A stretch of 64,000 nt of DNA from Octopus bimaculoides. Its lineage: Eukaryota. The notes under the pieces are model-generated. The model made no database searches, was not told the origin of the DNA, and saw only the letters and a program-made list of their open reading frames with translations. Made by a program: the position numbers and the translations under genes. Where the stretch lies: positions 1,983,574-2,047,573 of the forward strand of contig NC_068998.1 in assembly GCF_001194135.2 (NCBI RefSeq), in the 5' to 3' direction. Positions 13,927 to 26,578 of this stretch are shown here, in pieces (within the stretch, counting starts at the first letter, position 1; every line of letters starts with the position of its first letter).

Positions 13927-14442
13927 CATAGGTGAGGGGGGAGCTCTGAAAGGGTTCTCAGGGAGAAGTGTCCCTGCCTTCCTGAGCTAGTTTTCTACCA
14001 CATTTCTTAAAAATCGTGGTAGAGGCCTTGGTCTCAGGACCACTCATGTCTAGAAACTGAGGTTGGGGGTAAGCAAGGGCATGCTCCCCATAGAAAATCC
14101 AGAATGGGTACCAGCCAGCCCAAAGGTTGGGGTGGGCTGCACCTGCCTACCTCAGTTGCCATGACATTGAGGTAGATCAGGCCATCCTCGTTAAGGGGGA
14201 CAAAACCCAGATTTAAAACACTGGATGATGATGACATACACATACACACATACATATATATATATACATACAGGCATATATATATATATAACGTATGTAC
14301 ATATACATATATATACATATATACACATGTGCATACATATATATACACTTGAATGTATATACATGTGTGGATATATATCTTTTAACATCCATTTTCCAGG
14401 CTGGTATGGGTTGGACAGTTTGACAGGAGCTGACCAGGAGCC

Positions 14443-14477
<35 letters not shown>

Positions 14478-15182
14478 GACTGTATATATGTGTGTGTGTG
14501 TGTGTGTTGCATCCATTTTGGGACAGCAAAATGGATGCAACACAACATGTCGGACAGAGTCCCGGCCGAAAAGGACAGTAGCAGGATGGGTCAAAACAAC
14601 CATTGTACAAAATAAAGATGAATACCAAATCCATCTTCTGGTTACTTAAGAAATTATTATTATTATTATTATTATTATATACATATACACACATACATCT
14701 ATATATACATCTATATATATAACATTGGTTGTGGTATGTATGTTTATAATAAGACCACAATCTGTGCAGGTTTACTGTTCTTCCAAATGGCAGCTGATTG
14801 GACAAAGCTGTCTTTGAGCAAGCTGTGACAGAACCAAACTATTGAAGAACTAATGAGAGGGCTTACACCAGGGGTGGGGAAACCCCCACCAGCAGACACA
14901 ATTGTATGTACTAAATATAGTAAATTTTTCAATTATAAAATTTCTACATAAATATACAAACATAAATATATACATAAACATGTATATACATGCATATGTA
15001 TACATGCATACATGCAAGGGTGTATGAAAAGTTTCGAGCCTTCAACGCCTTTGAGCCTTGAAGTCTTGTACCTTCATCAGAAGTGTTATACCATGTTTTG
15101 TTTTTTGAGGCTCAAGACTTTTCATACACCCCTCATATACATACAATGATATACATACACATATATACATACTTATACAAAG

Positions 15183-15216
<34 letters not shown>

Positions 15217-17282
15217 CAAACATGTATATAAATACATAGTGAAACTAATAGAAATGAAACTAATATATATACATGGTGAAAGTATTAATAGTTAAACTAT
15301 TAAAACTGAAAATATTATCTCACATTACAATAGAGATGTTATTGTTTCACTTTTGACATGCAATACTTAAAGAGATATGCAATTGCTCTGCGCTTGCATA
15401 GGCAAGAAGTTGAAAATGCTTTTGGCCTATGATACTGCATGGACCCTAAGTAAGGCATGTGTAAAATCTGAATGAAATCGGTTGGGTAGTTCTCGTGTTT
15501 TCGTGATGCACACAGACATTCTTAGTTTTATATATATAGAGATTTTGTTAGTTAATAAATGAAGTAGGATCTGTGTGTCAATGGAGATTTGGCTGCTATT
15601 TCTAGTAAGTTATATTACTATACTGAGTCATGGAACAGAGTGAGATAAAGTTATCAAAACTAACTTTAGAATCACAGTTTGTAGTGTTCACATTTTTGAA
15701 ACAAGATTTTAAATTTCTTTTCACAATTTACCTTTTTGGGAAATTGTGACTGGGTGCAGTCGGTATGCCCTGCTAGATAACACACCCACTGACTTGAAAA
15801 CAATAATAAGTACACATTCAATGACAGTTTCCAATATTCACTATTTCTGTATAAACAATACAGATAGGAAAGGATGGGCCAGACTGACTGGGCAAAAACC
15901 TGTTGAGTCCCTTTCAAGGCATTTCACTTCAATAAATTTAGTGCTACTAGATTCAATTTCTACGTGTTACTAGACAGGAAAGTGATGAAACTCACGTCAT
16001 ACTTGTCCATAACACACTATAAGACAGGATAAGAGCTATGTGGTGTCAATCCCTCAATGAACAACAATAGGTTAGACTTGTGCCTGACATGAGAAACGGA
16101 CTGACATGCAGTGTACTCTCAATGACTGTGTTAGTGTTACAGGGTACTTTAATATTTTTCACATCAAAAGACTTGTATAGAAGTTCACTTTCTGACTCAC
16201 ATAAATATACCGTAGCAGTAGAGTAGATGTATGAGCAGAGGATGGTGGGAAGAGGGGGGATCACCCTCTCTATGAATCCTTTAAAAAAAAAACCATACAC
16301 AGTAAAGGACAAATAAAGTTAACATTCAATAGGCTGGTGATGTGATCCCACCACTCTCGGCAACCTTGTAATAAGCCAACAAACCTGAAGCACAAGTAGG
16401 TAGCTGATTGGCTGAGTGAGAGTGGCACACAGACATTTAAACTGGCCATATCCGGTAAAAATACTCTTGTTTTATATTCAAACTGGCCAGATCTGACTCC
16501 TCACATCAACCCTACAATGTCATTCTAAAAATTAACAACTACCTCATCAAAATCTCAAAGCTACAGGATAATGAAATGGTTACTTTAAAACAATGTGAAT
16601 AAATAAGACACTGCATTTGACAGAATAATGTGAGTGTTAATGGCTGAAAGCACAGAAACATAAATGGTTGACCGAGTGAGTGGTGACTTGGACTCAAACA
16701 GATATTACTTATACAGCAGCTGAATAATGCCTTCACAGATCACCTGTCAACACTCCAGATATTCCAAATATTTTAGACCTAAATTTGAAGACCAAGCTCT
16801 AAACTGACTCAGCCCTAACTCAACAGACGTATGTGGAAGTCAGGCCACGACCACCACATCTTTTGCTGATAGTGTACCTCCAGCAACATTATATAATGTC
16901 TGTCCTTCCCATTTTGTGAAGAGATAAAGCCATTTCTTTTAATGCTTCAATTGCCCACATTCAGGAAGTCAGAACGGTTATTACGGTTCATTGAGGGTAG
17001 ACATGTTCCAGAAAATTTAGGAACATTAGGTATTTAACAGATGCACCTGAGTTAAGGCGGCCCTGAACTGATGCTGTGAGGCAGACTCCACCTACACAGG
17101 TCAGAAGGGAGGCGGGGGGGGGAATAGACAACAGATGATACAGTTGTGATGATCATGATCATGAAGTAAGCAACTTTTTATCAAAGTATTCTTTGAAGTA
17201 ATGCCAGATGTAACTAAGCAAGAGGAAATGGGTATTAAAATGATCTGTCCCCCACAGAGCTCAACAAATATATATATATTTA

Positions 17283-17740
17283 GCTCCTCAACCACATGGT
17301 TCCAGGTTCAGTTCCCCTGCATGCCGCTTTGGAGAAGTGTTTTCTTCGGTAGCCCTGGCGCCAACTAAAGCTCTGAAAATGGATTTGATAGATAGAAACT
17401 GAAAGCAGTCCATCATATGTGCATGTGACACCGTGAGTAAGTGTCTTCTACTACAGTCTTGAAACGACCAATACCTTGTGAGTAAATTTGGGAGATGGAA
17501 ACTACCATCAGAAGTCCATTTAATACATGTGTGTGTGAGTGTGTGTGTCTTTGTTCCCACCACTACTTGAAGACTGGTGATGATTTGTGTGCATTACCAT
17601 AGCTTAGCAGTTTGGCAATAGAGGCTAATAAAATAAGTACCAAACTTTAAAATCTCAGTACTGAAGTTGATTTGTCCAATTAAACCCATCAAGATGGTGA
17701 CCCAAAATGGCTGCAGTCCAATGAGTGAGACAAGATAAAA
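17283..17740 (+). mobile_element. SINE family B
   Basis: aaccacatggttccaggttcagttcccctg head and tail ...aataagtac...atggctgcagtccaatga. Confidence 0.65.
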
Positions 17741-18524
17741 GATAACACTTCTACAATATGGTTAACTCCCTTTGTTAAGAATCAACTCATAAAGCACTAG
17801 GATTTGTACTTACATCGCATGGACTGCTGAGTACATTTTATGAAAAAGAGACTACCATGTACACATAAAAAAAAAAAAAAAAAATAGTTCAAATATCTTC
17901 TTAGTATATAATGGTGGAAAGTTTTACATCATCTGAAAAGTCACTAGTTGAACTATTAGTCTTCTTGCATTCTGTGGGTTATTGGAGCGTTTGAGTGACA
18001 TTAAATCCCCAACAAACGCCCATAAATTAAATGCATCCATCTGGGCCACAATCGGGATGTGTCAACCCGTATCTGATTACCACAATCATGGCCCGTCGTG
18101 CTTTATGTGTAAATACTGTAACTGGAAGTTCTTAGTTTTCTCTGCATGAGTTGTATCATTCAAACCTGTGCATTTTTTTTTTTACAAACTCTAGCAATCG
18201 AACATGTGCTGTTCAACTATATTGACTAATCGTACCACTTGGGCCAGCAGGGGTCCATTCTTTCAAGTAGTATGTAGAAAATAAAAGAGGACTAGGGTAT
18301 AAAATTTGTTATCACTATATGTCTACATTTTCTACATTGGGGACCCTGACATGATTTGTATAGCTTCTTCATATAGAAACTAATCATGCATGTCTATAAA
18401 TAAGTGACAAACAGATATAAGCACATAGTTAGATGGGCACATGTATGTGAGTGTATAGATGTAAAGGCAGATATGTGTAAATATGTATTTATATACACAA
18501 ACACATATATATATACAAATATGT

Positions 18525-18715
18525 GCCGGTGGCATGTAAAAGCACCCACTACACTCTCGGAGTGGTTGACGTTAGGAAGGGCATCTAGCTGTAGAAACTC
18601 TGCCAAATCAGATTGGAGCCTGGTGTCGTCTCCTGGTCCACCAGTCCTCAGTCAAATCGTCGAACCCATGCTAGCATGGAAAGCGGACGTTAAACGACGA
18701 TGGTGATGATGATGA
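18525..18715 (+). mobile_element. RTE-type 3' UTR fragment with (GAT)n tail
   Basis: gccggtggcatgtaaaagcacccactacactctc...gcggacgttaaacgacgatggtgatgatg. Confidence 0.75.
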
Positions 18716-19500
18716 TATATACGTACGCACACACATAGGTGTATACAGAGGTACAAAGGTGGGTATATAGGTATATATGTACATACAGGTGTGTAGATAT
18801 GTACATACATAGATGCACGTGTGTAGAAAGCGAGATATAATGACAGGTAGGTATAGTTTTGTAGGTTTGTATGGTGTGTGCACATAACTATGAATATAGT
18901 TATATATATATGTCTGCGTGTGTGTGTGTGTGTGTGTGTGTTGGTAGATAACTATATAGATATTCAAGCGTATAAAAAGTTATTTATATAAATATGTAGG
19001 TGTATAGAAAATTAAGACATAGACAAGTGGATTTAAGTAAAAATATAGACATGTGAATAGCTCGAAATATAATGGGTATACATGTAAATAGCTAGGTATA
19101 GAGATATATATGTGTGTGTGTAGGAAGCTAGGCATATAGATAAGGTGTGTATAAAGCTGGATATATCGATGTAGGAGTGTAGATGGCTAGGTAAATAGGT
19201 ATGTGTGTGTAGATACAATATATAGACTGTATATAAAGCTAAGTGTATAGATGTGTCTAAATAACCCTATGTGTGTAGATAGCGAAATATAGAGATAGGT
19301 ATATATGAAGTTAAGTATACAAATGTGTGTAGAGAAGTAGATGCGTGTGTGTATGTTGAGAGCAAGGTATACATTGATTGGTAGGTGTAGAATGGGAGGC
19401 GTTTGTAGAAAGGTAGGTATATATGAAGACATGTATGCATGTAGATAGCTTGATATATATACATAGGTAGGTATAATATGGTAAGCCAGGTCCGTAAGGT
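18700..19500. repeat. Degenerate (TA/TG/TAGA) compound microsatellite tract
   Basis: Visible low-complexity gtatatag/gtgtgt units. Confidence 0.8.
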
Positions 19501-20569
19501 CTGTAGACAATTATCAGATACACCCATAATTTTGTAAAATATATGAACACGTACCCCAGACTAGATGTAAATAACTTAGAACCCCTAAAATACTTGCGAA
19601 CCATTGATAATTGCCCTTTTCATTTTGCCCTCAAAAGAAAGAAATAACAAGGAACAAAATAGATATTTTTAAAGCAACGAGGAAAAAACATTAATAATAA
19701 TAATAAAGATATATTTATAATACTCACAGAGATAGACAACAAGGTTTAATCGTTTCTTGTCGATTTAACAAGCACGGCCTTTATTGGTTTTCACATTAAT
19801 CCTTTCTGGAAAAATGTCGATGTTGTGTTTTTTAAAGATGCCTTCTAAATATATTCTGTTCAGCATGTGTGTTGCTGTCTGTTGACAAGTTAGGTTTGAT
19901 TAGTTTAATTGGAATTAATTGTCTAACCGGGAGAATAAAGACATAGAAGAAACCGGCCGAAATGGTGTGTGAGGGGGTACGTTTAATGTTGTTGGTTCGG
20001 GTTTGGTTTCGTTCCCTGTCTTTGAGGTTAATTTGCCGAGGAATGAACCAAACAATAATATTAATCTGGGCGGCTGTGAAATTCGTCTGTAATTTAGATA
20101 AATAACCAGATAGAGGGATAGAGACAGGCGTATAAATAAAGAGGTAGACAGACGGGTGGATGGATGGACAGACAGAGATAGGTGCTGCGTAAGAATGGAA
20201 ATGATTACATAAATGTGTTGTAGATAGAAAGATAGAAAGATAGACAGCAAGGAAGGCAGGTAGGTGACTTTCCAAAGTTGAAAATGTTAAAGAAACGTGA
20301 GTGGATAATTAAAAGCAAACAAAAAAAAACTTAGGTTGATCGGGCCATAATTATAATTATGGTTAATACGACTAAGAATATAATGAGTGTAAATGAGAAA
20401 GCTTCTAACCTTGTTTTACACCTTTCTTGCTTTTTTTTTTTCTTTTTCTTTTTTCTGGAGAAATGAAAAGGGAAAAAGCAAAACAAAATATTAACTGCCG
20501 ACTTGTAGTGAAAGGAAGCGTCCTGATGGTTCTGGCAAAATATTGGGTGTGATGATGCACGATGGCAAA

Positions 20570-21390
20570 AGAGAGAGAGAGACAGAGTAATAGTGTAGAG
20601 AGAAGGTTAAGAAGGAAGATGTAGATAGAGTAAGAACGTAGAGGTGAGGCGAGTCGGGAGATAGCGTAATGGTATTATAGAGAGGAAGTGAGACGGGAGA
20701 GGGAGACAGAATGAGTATAACGAGAGAAAGTGAAGGTAAGAGGTGGATAGAGTAAGAGTGTAGAAAGAGTGTCAGTAGGGAAAGAGAGATAAAGTAATAG
20801 AGTAGAAAGGAAGTGAGGGAAAGCGACGATAGCGTAAAGAAGTGAGGGGAGGAGGTGCATTGAGTGAAGTGTGGAAAGGGAGTGAGAGTAAGAGAGGAAT
20901 AGACTGAACTTATGAAGAGGAAAGGAGGAGAAAAGGTTGATATAGTAAATTATACAGAGGGAGTAAGTGGAAGCGGTAGAGAGGGAGTGAATGAAAAGAC
21001 GAAGAGTAGTCAAATTTGAGAACGAGCGAAGGGAAGAAATAAAATGGTAACGAGGAGAGAGGGAGTGAAAGTGGAAGAAATAGAGAATTGCAAATAGGGA
21101 GTGAGTGAAAAAAAGAAAGATAAAAGGGAGAGAAAGAAGTAGAGTAATAAAAAGTAGAGAGGGAGTACGTAAATGTGGCAGATATAAAAAAATATAGAAA
21201 GAGTGGGAGGGAATGAGTGAAGAGTAAGAGGGAGGAAAAAAAGCAAAATATAGAGAGAGGAGTAAGTGAAGTGAGAGTAATAAAGAGAGCATGGGATATG
21301 CATGAAAGAATTCGATATATAGAGAGTTAGAATGAGAGAGAGAGGGAGAGAAAGGAGGGTAATGCTAGAGGAAAAGAAAAACCCCTGAGT
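20570..21390. repeat. Degenerate purine-rich (GA/GAA/GAG) low-complexity tract
   Basis: Plus strand is strongly A/G-biased over about 800 bp. Confidence 0.8.
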
Positions 21391-22699
21391 GAAAGAAAGT
21401 GGTTGTTGTGTAACCGAGAAACAGGCTCTGTGTGTTTCGATGGTTTCATGCTTGGCAAAACTGTGTCTTTTATACAAATAATCAGGTGGAAATTTTCCTT
21501 GTCGTTTTTAAGAGACGCTATGCGGTCTGCTAGATATAGCAACCAAATCTCTCTCAAATCACACCTTTCCGTTTTCATTAAAAAAAAAAAGGACACAATA
21601 TAGTCCTGGATATCTTTAAGAGACAAGTGGTGGGGACATCTTTTCTTTCTTATTTGTAACCTAAATTCCCTGTATACACGCGCGCGCGTGCCTAACTACA
21701 GATCTGTGCCCCATCGACTTTCTTTCCTTGCAACTTTTTGAATAATAAAATTTTACAGCACGATTATGCTGATAATTTTTTATTATTATTAATACTTTCT
21801 TCTAAGGACTTTCGGGTCGTTTCTACCCCCACCCGACTCATAAATCTCTTTAAAAGGTATATATTTAAATGACATTTTGCACAAATATATTTTCGGGAAT
21901 CTAGATTATGTAGTGATGTTTGAACCGCAACTCTTAAAAAAAAAAGTGAAAAACGCTAGAATTTCTGAAATGAGTCGTTACAAAGTTGAAATGGGAGTGG
22001 GGAGGGAAAAATGATCCAAAAACTCTTGCAAAATATTTTCTCTGGATTTTATCAACATAATTATAATCTTCAGCCACGAAAATGTACCTCTACAAGATTT
22101 CCGCAGAAAATTTGCTCTTTACAGGAAGTTTAGAGAAAACTTAAGTCGGTGGTGTAATGATCTATGCCAGGAATCACCAAAGTGGTCGATGGGACTATTC
22201 TAGGGGTCGAAAAATGCCTGAAAACTTCAAATATACTTGATTACTATTATTATTTCTCTATTTTCTTGTACATGCCCGGGGGTTGATGAGAAGTCAAGGA
22301 TTCCATGAAGGGGTTGATGGTCTAAAGAGTTTGGGGACCCCTGATCTCTACAAATGCCTATATCTAGGTTGGGAAGCAAGCTTCTTATCACAGTCACGCC
22401 TGTGCCTATATTTAGACAATGGTCATAGAATCATGAAGTTGCACAAACTGTTGGGTTTCAAATGTTTTTGAATGTTGTGATTCATATATTTACCTGATGA
22501 AAACAGAACTTTTCTAATAATGTAATGTCTCCATTTACAGCCAATTCCACGTAAAAAGAACTCATGAGGTGAATTTGAAGTCTTACAGCTGTTTCTGGGG
22601 TAACTGAGAGTGAGGGAAGTTAAAAGAATATAGGCAGCAGAATAATTTTCACAGCTCATCTTTTTCCAAAGGATATGGATGCTGGTTGGTACTTCCAAG

Positions 22700-22796
22700 T
22701 GAATTTGCTGAACCACTAAGTTACAGGGACATAAACACACCAACATCAGTTGTGAAGCAATGGTAGGGGGGGGGACAAACACAGATACACACACAA

Positions 22797-22839
<43 letters not shown>

Positions 22840-22980
22840 AATACGACAGGCTTCTTTCAGTTTCCGTCTACCAAATCCACTCACAAGGCTTTGGTCGGCC
22901 CGAAGTGAAAGTAGAAGACACTTGCCCAAGGTGCCATGTAGTGGGACTGAACCTGGAACCATGTGGTTGAGACCAGGTAA
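22700..22980 (-). mobile_element. SINE family B
   Basis: ttctttcagtttccgtctaccaaatccactcacaaggctttggtcggcc...aaccatgtggttg. Confidence 0.75.
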
Positions 22981-24697
22981 CCATTTATCTCCTCGACAGC
23001 AACACACCTATTTCTGTCATCATTATTGATCTCTCTCTCTCTCTCTCTCTCTTTTCTGACTGGGTAATCATTTATCTCTTCTATGACAACACACGAGAAA
23101 TATTGAACTCTCTCCCTGTCACTTTGACTGAAATTTTGAAAAAAAATTTTATAGCATTTAGTGTCACCAGTAAGCAATTCAAAATTATATTTTCAGCAAG
23201 GAATAAAACTTAACAGAATAAATAGCTTGTAATTGAGAGATAGTAAAAGTATCTCCTTTATTAATATATGAAATGGTGCAGTGACCAAATATTTGAGGGA
23301 TAGACACACATCCATCCGTCCATACACACACACATACATTTTGAGAAGGTTAAGAGGATTCACATGAGAATTTTATCATGAATAAAAGAAGGAAAACATT
23401 TACATTCTTATCAAAATATGCTACTGGTTTCAATTGTTTTAAAGACAATTTAGTCAAGCAATAAGTAAACAGAAAATGAACTGAAATAAACGAAGAAATT
23501 CTTTGAGAAAATAAATTTTCTGAAAATTCACAAGACAGTTGTTGATCTTCTGATGATTCTTGCATGACTAAATGTCTGAAAATGATTGAAACATGTGACC
23601 CATTTTAATAACAATGTGAAGATTTTACTCCTTTTATTTATAATAAAATTTTCAAAGCTTATTCTTCCTTTTTTTATATATATATATACAATCTCAAAAT
23701 GCTGAAGCTTTCGAAGGAGATGACGGAGGAAAAAATTGAAATGGTTTTCAATAGTTTGATATTAAATTCCGCAACAAGTGGAAAATAACTGTTGAGGCCC
23801 TATGCTCCACAAGGGGCCAAAAGGATTAAGAGAGATATGTTTCGCTTTTGCTTTGCATTGCTTTTCCACTGTGATACAAATAAATAAACCAAGTATTTAT
23901 TAGATTTTTTCCTTCTCTATTTTCTTTTATTAACTTTATATATACATATATTTACATATATGTGTGTGCGTGTGTGTGAAGAGAAATAATTTTTGTTTCG
24001 TTTTATGGAAACAAAAAGATATACATGACTGCAAAGAAGAAATGCTCAAGTGAAATTGAGACACAAGACAAAAATCATTGATTAAAGAAGAGACATCAAA
24101 TTTGGACCAACGACTTTATATAACCTCACGATTCAATAAATTTCAGCATATGCAAATAGTACAATGGCCTTCAACATACAAAAGAAATACATGTGAGTTT
24201 ATATAAGGTTGTCCGCCCAAATTTGATGTTTGTTCTCTAATCAAGAATTTTTTATACACACACAAAAGCACATACATATGTATACATATATGATGATGAT
24301 GCATATATATATCTTAAAAATAATGATATATAATTATCCATACATACATGTGTGTATTAATTTATTAATTAATAATTTTGCTTTCATGGTTTTTACACAC
24401 TAATATTATTAATTATTATTAATAATATATATACATATATATATATATAATATTATTATAAGATCTGGTAATTAGTCATATATTAATATATTAATTAATA
24501 TCAATTAATTATCAGGGGGCCAGCACATTTAAAGAATCAAAGAGATTCAGAAATATTATCTGCAATCTCAGGGGATTAAGGTACATTTTAATAAATATTT
24601 TCTGCAGATATATTCCTGGAATTAGCGCGCCAAAACAAAGACTTTTAAATTTTACCATTAAGCTGTAATTAGCAGAACCATATGATCATTCGCTCCC

Positions 24698-25082
24698 GCG
24701 CCGGTGGCACGTAAAAAACACCACTCAAGCGTGATCATTGCCGGCATCACCTTACTGGCACATGAAAAACGACATTCGAGCATGGTCGTTGCCAGTGCCG
24801 TCGGACTGGCTCCGTGCAGGTAGGAGGTAAGAAACCTCTTTTGAGTGTGGTCATTGCCAGAACCGCCTAGCTGGCCCTCGTGCCGGTGTCACGTGAAAGC
24901 ACCCACTACACTCTTGGAGTGGTTGGCATTAGGAAGGGCATCCAGCTGTAGAAACTTTGCCAGATCAGATTGGAGCCTGGTGCAGCCTTCTGGCTCACCA
25001 GTTCTTAGTCAAACCGTCCAACCCATGCCAGCATGGAAAGCAGACGTTAAACAACGATGATGATGATGATGATGTTGATGAT
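24698..25082 (+). mobile_element. RTE-type 3' UTR with tandem ~60-nt subunits and (GAT)n tail
   Basis: Three to four related units followed by the common 3' core and gatgatgat tail. Confidence 0.75.
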
Positions 25083-26211
25083 ATATATATACATGTGTGT
25101 CTATTTTGTAGATATTGAAATCTCAAGAAGCATTTAGCTTCCAGAATATTCCTTTCTCAGTCTAAATATTCTGTATTTTTTACCAGAAAAACAAAAAAAA
25201 AAAATCTTAAAACGTAGAAAAATAAAGATTTTAGAGAAGATGACTCATCTGGAATTCTTTTTCTCTTTGGTAATTCCAGGGAATCAGTTGTATGTAGAAC
25301 ATGGCAATAAGGAAACGAGTCTTTGAGATGAAGGTTCTGGAACTGTCATAAGTAAGCTTCATGGATTGATATATCACATTTCAGTCTTAAAAATTGATGC
25401 CATTTGATTCCTAAAATGGTTTTCTAATTAAATGTTGTTGTTGTTGTTTCTGTATATTAGGGAGGGGGGGGGTCTATTTTACTTGTTTCCCCTGTCCCCC
25501 ACCCCATCTATATTTGCATGGCTGTTTATTTTTAGATCTATTTTTTCTTTTTTTTTTTTACATTTTACAAAAACAAAACAAAAAAAAAGCAAAAACATAA
25601 ATCCTTAGAAATGTATTTGATAGCAGATACTTGATTGATCATCATCATCATCATCATCACCAACAAAAACCACAAACAACAACACCATCATTATTATCAC
25701 CACCACCAACAATAAGGATAATTATTATCAACATCATCATCATCATTGCCATTATATTCATCACCACTGTCATCAGTATTGCTATTGCTTTTCATCGTCA
25801 GTGCCATCGTTGCCGTCACCATGAGTGTATTGCAATTAGTGCAAGACCTAGGGTAATTGGATACAACATGGGTGATGGGAGGAGAGATGAGTGGGTTGGA
25901 GCAAGCACAAGTTCACCCAGATCCCAGGATCAAATTTCGTTGTTTGAGTGATTTAAAAAGTAGAGATGAGACAGCATGTGTGAATGTAGAGCTGTGAGGT
26001 AATCTTTTCTGAATCACAATCAAACATTGAGACAATTGTTAACTATGGTTTCTAAACAGTCCAACAGATAGGAGAGAAACCTTCTCCTGGATTGGATGCT
26101 AGTTCATCCCAGGTAACTCTACTGTTGTTATTTTTCAACTTGAAATCACTGCTAATAATCAAAGCCACCATTTTATTACTTAAATATGTCATCATCACTT
26201 TATTCTTTATT

Positions 26212-26578
26212 TGTTTCAGTCATTTAACTGCGGCCATGCTGGAGCACCACTTTTAGTCGAACAAATCGATCCTGGGACTTATTCTTTGTAAGCCTAGTAC
26301 TTATTCTATCAGTCCCTTTTGCCGAACCACTAAGTTTCAGGGACATGAACACACCAACATAGGTTGTCAAGCGATGGTAGGGAGACAAACACAAACACAC
26401 ACAAATATATATATGTATATACAACTTCTTTCAGTTTCTGTCTTCCAAATCCACTCACAAGACTTTGGTCAGCTCAAGGTTATAGGAGAAGACACTGGCC
26501 AAAGATGTCACACAGTGGGACTGAACCTGGAACCATGTGATTGAGAAGCAAGCTTCTTACCTGACCACCACGCCTGTG
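26212..26578 (-). mobile_element. SINE family B, full length
   Basis: Both tail (tgtttcagtcatt...gcggccatgctggagcacc) and head (aaccatgtg...aagcttcttacc...cacgcctg) are present. Confidence 0.75.

Noticed and set aside
14034-14805. Cluster of YI/HT/CV-repeat ORFs (also at 18652-19604, 59161-60183, 61354-61846)
   Set aside because: Translations of (TA)n/(CA)n microsatellites
17805-17880. Possible minus-strand exon with a GTAAGT donor at 17812 and a nearby poly-T tract
   Set aside because: Acceptor placement is ambiguous, no U12 branch point was found, and no peptide is recognisable
20675-21477. Long minus-strand ORFs (205 aa, 155 aa)
   Set aside because: Leu/Ser/Phe-rich products of a pyrimidine-rich low-complexity strand
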